A stretch of DNA of 64,000 nucleotides from Marsupella aquatica (lineage: Eukaryota; Plantae; Marchantiophyta). The position numbers and the translations under genes were made by a program. The notes under the pieces are model-generated. The model was given only the letters and a program-made list of their open reading frames with translations. It did no database searches and was not told the DNA's origin. Each line of letters starts with the position of its first letter. Position 1 is the first letter of the stretch. Positions 1-10,862 of this stretch are shown here, one piece after another. The stretch lies in contig OZ316898.1 in NCBI GenBank assembly GCA_973895155.1, positions 2,788,380 through 2,852,379 on the forward strand, written 5' to 3'.

Positions 1-1451
1 CCCTCCAAAACATATAGATTGCTATGTCTATTTCCCTTCAATACAACTTTAGTACCAGTTGAAACCTGAAGGACACCATTAACAGAACTTCACTGATGGC
101 CATTTGTTTCTAAAACTCCAAGTGAAATGAGATTTTTCATCATGCTGGGAATATGTCTCACATTCCTCAACGTTCTTACTGCATCATCAAACATCTAAAA
201 TCTTACAGATCCAAGTCCAACAACTTGACATGGGATTCCATTTCCCATCAACATTGACCCGTTGGAAACCGTGTAAGAATTGAAAAAATCTCTCCTAGAG
301 CAAATGTGAAAAGTACATGCACTATCTAGAATCGAGTCATTACTACCTGGATTTGACACTACGTTAAGAGCATAACCTTGGTATCACAATATGTCATCAT
401 CATCGAGTAAATTTACCTCATGCGAGCTTGATGCCGCGTTAGCAGATGCAATAGGGACCTTTACTCGACAATCTCTTTTCACATGGCCAGGCTTGCCACA
501 ATTCCAACATGCAAGAGGCTTCCTCTCTTGCGATTTCCCTCTGGATTTAGATCTCCCCCGTGATATAGATCTAAATTTGTTCTGCCCATTTGTGCGCTGC
601 GCTGCTCTCCCACGGTTCACGTTCAGCGTAGTGCCAGAAGAAGATGTTGTTTGTGATTGACCTAGCTTCTTCTGAGCATCATCAGACAGTAAAGAGCTCA
701 CCACCTCATTATATGAAATGGACTTCATATCTCTATACAAGAGCACCTATTTCAAGCCCTGATATGACGGTGATAAGGAGCTTAGCAGAAGCAAGACCTT
801 ATCCTCATCTTCAACTCCTTTTCCTAGGTTTGGCAAATCCACCGCTAGACTGTCAAACTCATCCAGGTGATCCTGCATCTTGCTCCCTTCCTTGAGCCTG
901 AGGCTCATCAAGAGGGACTTCTTGTACAGTAGGTCTGACGCATCTTCCCGGTAGTACTTCTCTCTTAGAGCCTTGAAAAGTGACGCACAATACGCATAAT
1001 CATCCAGCTGCTTGATGATGTGCGGCTTGAGATAAAGCATCACTGTATTAACAACAATCACATGCTCCTGTCTCCACTGCTTCTTTGAGATCTCCTCCTC
1101 TCCATCATACTGCTCTCGCGAAGAGAGCAGATGAGCTAAGTCCATGGCCCGAAGGACACCCTTCACTTGCTTCTCCGACAGCAAGTAATCAGTATGACCA
1201 TCGTACTTCTCCACCTCAAACTTCACTCCTCCAAATCTAGCCATCTCCCTCTTCTTCCCCACTGCCAACAACTCTGGTAGTCCCGCTGGTAGTAACACAA
1301 CTTCCTCCACTGCATGCTGCACCGATGATCGTACTGGTGTCACAAGTTCCTCCTCAAACGATAGCAGCTCCTCCTCAGACTCACCGTCTGATCGTCGCGA
1401 TCCTGAAGCTCTACCGACGCCAATTCTTCCGGTATCCTCTGAGTCACTCAT
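1..1451 (-). pseudogene. copia gag-protease (pol start), interrupted by in-frame stops
   Basis: Gag N-terminus KFEVEKYDG, UBN2-like region (MQDHLDEFDSL...LLLLSSLSPSY), zinc knuckle CWNCGKPGHVKRDC and aspartic protease ILDSACTFHIC...VRHIPSMMKNLISLG. All one frame, with stops at 747-749, 384-386, 195-197 and 90-92. Confidence 0.9.
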
Positions 1452-2949
1452 ATGAAACAATCACGAAAAAAACTTTTTTTTCAAAACTTCTCACAAAACT
1501 CAACTCAACACCGCCGCGTAGCCCACAAAGCTAGGAGTCCAATACTGAAAACCGAAATCAAAATCAAAATTCAACGAAAACGTTATTCAAATTTCGGTCG
1601 GGTGGGTAAAACCTTGGGAAACTCCCCCGTTTTGACCACCTCGGAGAATAACCAAAATACCCAGTACAACCCGTCGTCGGAATCGGGATGTGATTGGTGG
1701 GCCGCGTTGCTAACTCCAGTGGCAATGTACCTGCCGAAAAAGAACCAAAAAAGTTACCATTTGGCAGACAAAATCTTTGTCGGACGGCCAAAAAATAGCT
1801 CTCTATTTTTTGGGAATATTCTCACACAGTCCAACAGGTCTCACAGGGGGCCGTTCCCCTTGTCAGAGCAGTTAAAACGGAGGGTCACCGGTCCCGGCAC
1901 AAGAGGAAAAGCAAGAGGAAAGAAAATGGCTTAAAATAGGTCCTTAAGGAGGTCCAAATGCTCTTTAAAAAGAAAAATACCCCCCGTATGCCCGTGGCAG
2001 TATTATGGCGGCTGCATACGTAGCCACGTATGCATTAGTATGGTCGGGGGCGTTACGGGAGTTACGCGAGGCAGGGGGCGGGGACAAGTCCCGGCTCGGC
2101 AGGGCCGGCCTAAGGAGGTCGTCGGCTGTCTAAGTGGTCACGGGGGTTAAAGGGGCCGAGGCACGGGCGCTTAAGGCAGGGAGTCCTCCCGAAAAAAAAA
2201 ACTACGTGTGTATACACATGGAAAAAATCTGCCCTAAAGTAACCCAAAAACAAATGTCGTTTTAAGGGAAAAAATGTTGGTTACTCACTTAAACCGTCGC
2301 CGTTTCCAATGAGAAAACAACAAGTTACCGACGGGATTTGTTGTCGAATCACACCGGCATCGTCTGCAACTCTAGCACTGTAAAAGCTTTCCGTCGTGTC
2401 GTCTTCACTCCGCGTCAAGGGCCAATCCCGGGCTCAAAACGACCGCCTTGCCGCGATCAAATTGTTTAGCCGTGGCACTCCGCGTCTCTTCCACCGAGTC
2501 GGATGTCACGAAGAGAAACCCGGTTCAAATGTGAACAAGCTCCATAGCTTGTGAAAAAACCTGAACGCCTCCTTCACTCGTCACGTCGCACTCGATAACA
2601 ACTCGACAGCAACTCAGCTACCAAAACGACCAGCTCGCTTCAACCTTCAACATAAGCTATAATGTGCGATCCCTCCCGCACAGCACAACTCACACCGTTG
2701 AAAAATGCGAACTCTGGTCTCTCCCCCGAAAAGCCGTCGAACATGAATAAACCCTGAACGATGCAAACTTCAATTCCTCCGCACCACGGATACCGATCAA
2801 CGAGTTCTAACCACTGTTAGAAAGCCCTCTCACTAACCTATCCGCTCAGCCACACACATTCGAGTTTCATGCGACAAAACTTTGAATGTGCCACCGACAA
2901 TGAACGCTGGAAAACCCGTCACGAAAAAACCTCGTCACCTCCCAGGCAT

Positions 2950-2961
2950 GCTCTGATACCA
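2950..2961 (-). promoter_or_regulatory. Primer binding site complementary to tRNA-iMet 3' end
   Basis: Plus strand gctctgatacca = TGGTATCAGAGC on the minus strand, 2 nt inside the LTR end. Confidence 0.92.
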
Positions 2962-2963
2962 CT

Positions 2964-3306
2964 TGTTGAGCATAGACGACATTCACAACGGCAAGCCCAT
3001 GAACCATCCAACGCACAAGAGTCGACATAGAGAGATACGTGGTTCACCTCCACATGAGGCTACGTCCACGGGAACACACAAGAGCTTTACTACACTCTAG
3101 GCCAACCGGCCATACCAAGCATCCATAGCACAAGCTCTCCCTATCTCTCAACTAGCTTCGTAACAATGAGCCTAAGTTCCACCAGGGTCTGGCATCAGCT
3201 TGGCTATATGCACAACAGCACTACCGCTAACATTAGCTAAGTCCTAACCCGAGTTAGCCTAACTGAGGTTAGCTCATGAATCACAAGACTAGAGCAATAT
3301 CTAACA
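2964..3306 (-). repeat. 5' LTR of the copia element (~343 bp)
   Basis: Minus strand reads TGTTAG...CTCAACA (TG...CA ends) and abuts the PBS. The outer boundary is inferred from the terminal motif only, because the partner LTR is outside the window. Confidence 0.7.
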
Positions 3307-3399
3307 TTCTCTTGGGGCCCATTCCATACAACAATGTTCTTGTGAAAAAGTTTATCAGGTTGCATATGTAATTTAATAACATTGAAAGGTAATTGTGTA

Positions 3400-3800
3400 G
3401 TGCAAGGATCAAGCAAGCACCAAAGCCCTTGGCTGCAAGGGAGCACCCAAGTGCTACCTCCCAACTTGCTTGAATACCAATGGTATTCTGGCTATTGTAT
3501 TCAAGCAATAAGTGAAGGGTCTTACAACCGCATCCAAGCTGACATTGAAGCACCCAAGCCTTGTCTCCCTTGGCTATATACATTGTGACTATTATATTCA
3601 AATTACAAATGAAGGATCGGGCATCCAAGAATTTAAGGGTAGTTTATCATCTTGGTTGAACACATTGTGACTATTGTATTCAAATTACAACTGATGGGTC
3701 TTATGGCCACATCGGAGCACCCAAGGGCCATAGCGCCACCTCCCAACTAGGTTCAATACTTTGTGGCTATTGTATCCAAACTATAAAGCATGATTGCATT
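3400..3800. repeat. Degenerate ~85-95 bp tandem repeat
   Basis: Recurring tg(a/g)ctatt(g/a)tat(t/c)caa core at ~3490, 3586, 3668 and 3764, plus recurring gcacccaag. Confidence 0.6.
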
Positions 3801-6800
3801 GAAGCATGCAAGCGTCGTAGACACGTTCTAATTGCAACATTCTATATTATGCATGGCAAACAGTTCATTTGACATTGCAGCGTAGTTGACCGCATTTGGC
3901 GACGTGGTCGTACACCCAACAACAGTAGAACCTCCTCCATTTTATAAATGTTTGCTTGTGTTATAAGGACTGTACATCGTGTAACAAGAATTTCTGACAC
4001 AATATGGTACCTCCAATGGGCCCAGGGATACACTAAAAAGAAAATCCATCTTTTGGTCGATCAAGAGAAAAACATTTGTTTAGAGGTACACTAAGTATAC
4101 TCCTCTAATCTAGTGAAAGTACACTATGATTTGAAAGTACCCAAAATAAACTAAGTGGTATTTTGCCCCCGACTTATCACATGGTCCTGTGTACTATAGA
4201 TAGTTAATGTATCTGGTTATGGACTTGGTGTGAGTGCAACAATGTGCATGTTTGCAGCATTATTTAGAGAACATGTTGGAAAACTTTAAGCCTAAATGGA
4301 GATTTAAAAGTCCTCCAAATATATGAACATGTCTGCCAAATTTAAAGACAAGACTTCCATGATCACAAAACAGTTGATGACTTGACTATTAAAATTGTAG
4401 TCCCAAGATGAAGAAGCTTCAATCGCCTGCAATAAAACATTGCTAAGTTGTTGGGACAACAGTACGAGCACAGGCATTTTCAAAAATGCAACTAGACTAC
4501 TGAGAGGGTTGTCAAATCATCAACTCCTTTGTAACTGAAACAGTGCTTTTGAATTTGATGCAGCTGACCCCTTTTCTTTTCAGTGCAAAGTGGCTTATCA
4601 TTTTGATTAATTGGATGGGCAGGGAAAATGTCTCAGGCCATCACAGATTCTTTTATTGTAGTGAAAATCCTACTTTTGCAGGAGAAAACGCAAAGAGAAG
4701 AGCTTCAAAATGTGATGTTCAAGGAGGTGATGATGACAATTTTGTCAGATGCAAAAATCAATGGCAAATGTTGTTTTTGTGTTGACTCTTGTTAGTTGTC
4801 ATCATCTTGTGAGCAGTTTGACTTCATCATTTTCTGAGGAATATTAGCAAACTCTTGCCATCATAATTAGATGTTGAAGTTTGGCTATTAGCAGGTCTAA
4901 TATTGTGGTCGAAAAATGTCCCAGACTACAAATTTCTGTAGTAACAAAGTGCATTGATGGTGGTAACAAACTCACCATTTCATCAGGTTTATCAGACATG
5001 CCAAGTGCCTGTGTTTGACAACTACGGGATGGGAGGCAAATCTGGCAAAAACCTTTGTGTAAAAGAGTTGATTGTGGAATGTAAATTAATTTGCATAAAC
5101 AGGCTATCCCAATCGACCAGTTTGTGGCCTCTATACCTACTTTGTGGACTACACTAATCATTTAAAAAAAGGAAAGTAAACGGAAAGAAAGCATAGCTCT
5201 ATGGAATATCAGGTAATTCAGATTCATTTAAGTTTGGAACAATACTCAGATCCAACTTTTCTCTCAACAATAGTAATTTGGTAAAAATCCAAATGCTCAA
5301 AGTCTATGAAAGTACTAGCATAAATTTCACCAAGAAAGACAAGCCCTCCACAAGAGCCAAAACATAGAAAACATGCACATTGGCAAATCCGAAGGATACT
5401 GTGGAATCATGACTACAGTAGACTTGTCGCGCTGTGATCGCTTATTGTTTGTATTGTCTACTTTGTCTTATTAAGATTTTTTATATGTATATTTGTTTCA
5501 ATTTATTTTAGACAAGGTGGATCCTTTGTTAGAATATGTTGTTTTTATATATAAGTTCAAGTGATATTAAATTAATTTTTCATACACTAATGGATCCCTA
5601 GACCCTAAGCTATCTCTTTCCAAGAGTGTGCTGAAATCCAAGGGGATGTGAGAAACGTATATTTTGCCAACCTCCCTATTAACTATAGCTCAAAGTTCTA
5701 TTTGCTAGGTTTATGGTTTTGAGTGACAGCTACCTAACTCATCATGAGATAAACATGAGAGACCGACCATTTCTTTGAGATGGATCCTCAATAATTTAGA
5801 AGCTAAAGACTTTCCCATTATAAAAATGACATATAAGGATAGAAGTGGGGCGAACATTTTGTAAAGGAATAAGCGGTGAGGAGAAGTTAGACACTTTGTC
5901 AACCATAACCAATTTGTTATTGCTTTAAAGTGGTTATGAAGAAAAATTCACTCTAAAATAGAATGATTAATTATTCTTCTCAACATGTCAATTCTTTTTG
6001 AGGGGAAACAGTACAAGACAAACTATTTTACCTTTTCCCAAAAGATCTTCACACTTTTAGGTACCTTAAAAGTATTTTTCTCATTTATCTAGATACCATA
6101 GTCCTAAAAGCTTTTTATTGCCGTTTGGGGGAGATTGCTTGAAGTTGGAGCAACCCTATTGTAGCAAGCCACACAACCATCATCTTCTTGCCATGTACTG
6201 TTCCCATACTCCTATGCCTTCCACACTACTACTAAAGAAACCTCGAATAGTGGGAGAGAATCACGGAATTGACGTCCTGTTCGTAACATAGTGAATACCT
6301 TTGGAGAGTTACTTCTAACACACCATGTTCTATCTTGGAGCATCGGAGCATTCTTTGTTTTTACACTAATGGCACATCCAACGAGAAAGGTACTTGGTAG
6401 GAGTAGTAGAGTACTTAGAGATGCGTTTAAGCCCCTAATGTTACAGTGTATAGAGAAGTCCATTTTGCACTCCAAAAAGCGAAAGCTTGAGCTCAAATTT
6501 TCAGGTGTTGGTATTACTTATAATAATTAAAATAAATAAATAATATATAAAACATAATACCCAAGTAAGAGGACCATTTAAAACTTAATTAAAGACCTAG
6601 GAGAATTTCAGGTGTACACAATATTGTCAATTATATATCACGACTGAAATCAATTACCAACAATTATGAGCCTTGCCACCCTTAAATTTTACGAGTCTCA
6701 GCGAAGTAGCTGAGATGTGGCATTTGCATCTGTGAGATTGGTCGGCTTCATTGCCTTAGTCTGCTGCCCTCCCCCACTCACAGAAATTTGGCATCAAGCT

Positions 6801-7443
6801 TTACCTTCGGCAGCAAGCTTTGTCACTCTAAAGCTTTTGAGTAATTCCAAACTGATTAATATGCCAACATTGGAGCTAATTTAGACAATGGACCTTTGTT
6901 TGCGCTTCCACCTATGGTGATTGCGTTTGCCATCCCACTTGCTACCCTCCCACATTTGCCACTGTCCTTCCCCAAGTCAGATGCAATCCACAGACCAGTG
7001 CACCCCTGCAGGTTGTAGGCCCAAATGTGGCTTTGGTTATGTCTACACATGAAAACTGTAAAGTAACTTTATCCTATTTTTCCTAAAGAAAAATCAAGGG
7101 AAGAGGAGCTTAAGGTTCCTTCTCCAAATGCCACCAAAGGGAAGGAGGGGGCGGCCCTGTCGTCAGGCCCACATTTAGGTACAAAAAGAGGGAGCGTGGG
7201 TAGGAGCAGGGGTCAAGCCTGGCATTGGGGCAGGGATAGACCCAGCCAGGGCTTCTTTCTGAAACACAAGGGGTTTTGTTGTTTGGTCTGCATTGGCTGA
7301 AAGTTGAGTGTGAGGAGAGAGCTGGGCTTCGGCCTGCCTTTGCACTCCATGAGGAAGCCAGCCCAATGCTTCCATATATTTCATAACAAGAATGAGCCGG
7401 CCCAGGTTCGGGCATTACTGGCCAGGGTTTGGCGTGGCCAATA

Positions 7444-7610
7444 GGGCGTGTCAAAGTTCTCCCGGAACACTTTAGTTACGGCTTAATTTTTTTGGACGTA
7501 CCACCCTTATGGGATATATATTTTGGTGACCAATAACAATTTTGTCCTGGCCATAAGTGCATTTTATGTCCTGAGCCATAACTCAGGTACAACTGTTCTT
7601 TGACACGCCC
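7444..7610. mobile_element. MITE, 167 bp, 13-bp perfect TIRs, TA flanks
   Basis: GGGCGTGTCAAAG at 7444-7456 and CTTTGACACGCCC at 7598-7610, with TA at 7442-7443 and 7611-7612. Confidence 0.75.
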
Positions 7611-7780
7611 TAGTAAGAGCATACTACATGGTAAACATCCAATCCAGAATGACCTTGGGCTAAAGTATAAGGGTTAGAGTAGCCAATATCCAAAATGGGG
7701 TCAACATAAAAATCAAAATAGTTTGGGAATACGTTGACAATAAATGTGAACTCGAGGGACAGTTTAGTAGAAAACCATGA

Positions 7781-9330
7781 TGCATCCACCCTCGTGCGTC
7801 CTATTTGGCTCGGACACATCCCCCTACCGAGGATCTTTATCTACACCTCCGAGCGTTTGATGTCTCCATTCGTGAGACTTTGGCCTCTCTTTTAGGGCCA
7901 GGTATTTTGCTCTCATCTCCGTGGCTTCATCGACAGCTCAGTCTTCCTATTTCTCACGGTGGTTTTGGGCTTACTTCCACTGAGCGCCTTGCCCCTTTGG
8001 CCTTCTTGGGCGCGTGGGCGGCCGCCTTCTCATTGTTGGCAGATCGTTTCCTTACTGAGGATCGACCTTTTTTACTTTCGTCTCTCATGGAGGTCGAGGA
8101 GGGTTCCCTCCCATTTCAGGTTCATTTGCGCACGGCGCGGTCATCATTACCCGATCCTGTTCGAGCTGCGTTACCTTCATTCCAGGAGTTTTTATCCTTG
8201 GACCCCGTTCGTCTTCAGGCAGACCTTGCTGGGCGTATGCACACTTTCACCCTCTCCAGCATCCTCACCAAGGCACCTGACACGGACCGAGCTCGGATTC
8301 TTTCTTCCGGAGGGAAGGGCGCAGGAGGCTTGCTTCAGGCCAATCCAATCATTCCTCACCTGCGGATGTCTTCAGCGGAGTTTGCAACAGCCATGCGTCT
8401 TCGTATGGGCTTGCCCCACTCACTTCTTGCTGGTTTACCTCTTACTTGCACTTGTGGGAAGCCTTGTGATGCCACAGGTGTCCATCTTCTTTGATGCAGT
8501 TTGGGCGGCGAAACCAGTTTTGTTCACGACGCTGTGAGAGATGCGACTGCTCAGGTTCTCTCTGGCTCTTTGGTCTGCGCGCGGCGGGAGGTGGTGCTCG
8601 AGTTACCTGGCCCTCCATCACAGCGGTTACGGGTGGATCTTACCATGGTCCGTGAAGGTCACCGTACTTTGGCAGATGTAGTGGTGGTAAACCCATTGCA
8701 CCAAGACATCATTGGGACAGCGGCAACAACGGCAAGGGCAGAAGCATCACGAGCAGCAACAACGAAGGAGGCCAAATATGCTGCACGAGCTTCATCTGAT
8801 AGCTTCCTGCCCCTTGCTCTTGAGATATTTGGGCGTCTCCATTATCAGTTCGACGGGCTTCTTCGCCAAGCTGCTCGGGATGTTCACGGCCGGATGGGTC
8901 CCACCGGGCCCCGTTATCTGTTTTGACCACGCACTTTCGCCAACGCATTTCAGTCACCTTACAGCGTGCTCAAGCTCGGACCGTCTATCGTCGATCTCTG
9001 ACAGTGGGTGCTAGTGTGACTCCGCAACGGCTAGCCCCCCTAGAGGACATTCCTGTCCCACTTGTCAATCTAGTTTCGACACTTGATGTAGACCACTAGC
9101 TTGTTGCCACATTTGCTAGGTATGATGAGGACCTCGGTCCATTTGCGGTAATTTTAGTTTCTCTTTCTTGGTTTTTAGGGGTTTCCTTTTGCTCACTTCT
9201 TTTAGTTCCTCTTTCTTGATTTTTAGGGTTTTTTTTTGCTCACTTCTTTTGTGTTTGGTTTTGTCCACTTGGGACCTCTCTTGTTTATTCTTTTGTATTC
9301 TATTTGGCCTTTTTCTGTAAAAATATGTGT
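7781..9330 (+). mobile_element. 5'-truncated non-LTR retrotransposon with restriction-like endonuclease (CRE/R2-superfamily type), copy 1
   Basis: Post-RT motifs PRASYLARTHPP...FD and QLSLPISHGGFGL; CCHC knuckle CTCGKPCDATGVHLL*C; RLE motifs HDAVRD, RVDL...ADV, KEAKY, FLPLALEIFGRL. After a frameshift near 8920: FRQRISVTLQRAQA...LDVDH*, stop 9097-9099, then a T-rich 3' tail. One premature stop at 8492-8494. Confidence 0.85.
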
Positions 9331-9989
9331 ATATATTTTTTATATATATTTTTATTTATGGGTTATCCTATCCTATTTGACTTATAATTTTGCACACAAT
9401 CGATGCCAATACGCTATGATCAATGAATGTTGAAACCATTCTATTATCAATCAAAGAATCTTCCAAATTAATTCTCTATTCACGGATTTGCACGCTTTTC
9501 ACGTGACCGGTCCTTACACCGAATTTTAAATGAATGGTATCGAATCCGACTATCGTTCAAAACAAACCAAAGTTTGAAGTGAAGGTGTAATGAAACGTTC
9601 CAAAGGCCATATGCGAGCAGCACCGCGTGGGAGAAAATATACAAGGGCCTTTGGCGCCGATAAATAAGATTAGAAAAAGACCGTCCAGCAGAAAAAGATG
9701 AAACAAATCTTTCAAGATTCCCACAAAACACATCAGATTCTCCCGATCTTCCGATCTGCGGATCTGCGCCGTCTATCCCCGGGGCGAGCGATCGAAACTG
9801 CGCAGCTGGAGGAGAAAATAGACTCCGGAAGTGCGGAGTCACGTCACTCTCTCCTCGAGCAATAATACGGAGGCGGAGGGATGCGAGAATGATGTGTCTT
9901 CGTCGTTCACCTCTCGACGAAGCTCGAGCTGTCCTTTGTTCATTTGTGCCTTCTTTCTGTCCGTCCAAAGTGTGAAGAAGAGAGGCAAA

Positions 9990-9996
9990 CAGAGAG

Positions 9997-10030
<34 letters not shown>

Positions 10031-10862
10031 TTGCTGAATCATGTGAGCGAGCTTCCGAAGGGAGAGGAGAGCATTGGAGAGGAGAGGATATGGCGGTGAG
10101 ACGGTGAAGAGGAGGGGAGGAAGAGGAGGAGGAGGAGGAAGAAGAGAGAGGGAGAGGAGAAGCGGAGAGAACAGATGTAAAGGTGTGCAAGAGCCTGGCG
10201 TCGTCGCATGCCGGCGCCATGGACAACCACGGGCGCGTGGCGTTGGCCTGACAAGGCGAGGAAATTCTTAATGGAGGACGGAGGTCACTGCGATCGATGA
10301 TGGAGTGAATGACCGAAAAAGCCAAAAGAGAGGGAGAGGTGAAGAGAGACAGCGATATGCTGCCGCCGAATCTGAGAGTTGACGCCGCCGATTTGAGAAA
10401 GTGTGGAGTGGACGGGAAGCTGAGCGAGGAGGATGCCGAATGGTGGAGCGGTGATAGTAGTAGTGCAGCAGGCGTGCGTGGATCGGAACCCGCGGCCGAT
10501 TCTGGATCCTGCTGCTGGATTGTGAGGTATAGTGGAGGTAGAGAGAGGAGAGTGGTGATCAGGGTCGGTGATCTGTAGACAGTAGTGTGACAGGAAGGGA
10601 GGGAGGGAGGGAGGGGAGGGGGAAGAAGAGAGCTTCGACTGGCTCCTGAGCTACGGTAGCAGGCGGGAGGCGACTTGTTGTTGGATCTTCCGTCGATTCT
10701 TCTTATTATTGGAAGGCAGTGTAGTGATGTCTTTGGACATCCTGGAGATCCTGTCCTCATCGTGGCTCCAAAAGGCAGACGTTGGTCGGAGGTGAGCTGA
10801 CAAAAGAGGGAGGGCGGCAGAGAGGAGAGACAATTTTGACTTCGTATCGAGCAGGGCCGACC
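9990..10862 (+). promoter_or_regulatory. Putative long GA-rich 5' leader of SEC with (GA)n tract and multiple uORFs
   Basis: (GA)n at ~10000-10028 and purine-rich sequence up to the ATG at 10863. Upstream ATGs include 10041, 10090, 10175, 10208, 10219, 10297, 10309 and 10727. The TSS is not determined. Confidence 0.5.

Larger units (their letters stand above)
1..3306 (-). mobile_element. Ty1/copia LTR retrotransposon (Tnt1/Tork-like), 5' half; runs off the window start
   Basis: On the minus strand, in order: LTR (3306-2964), PBS TGGTATCAGAGC (2961-2950), ~1.5 kb leader, then gag and protease in a single reading frame. Confidence 0.93.

Noticed and set aside
384-386. TGA after DDDDIL at the gag/pol junction as a programmed read-through site
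   Set aside because: The same frame has three other stops and the context (TGA TAC CAA) is not a recognised read-through motif. It cannot be distinguished from decay using one copy.
4300-6520. Possible decayed transposase fragments (several 60-105 aa ORFs)
   Set aside because: No diagnostic motif could be identified with confidence.
9174-9228. Two TTTAGGG units in the RLE LINE tail, suggesting telomere targeting
   Set aside because: They are single units inside a local 48-bp duplication of T-rich sequence, and are not present as arrays at the other copies.
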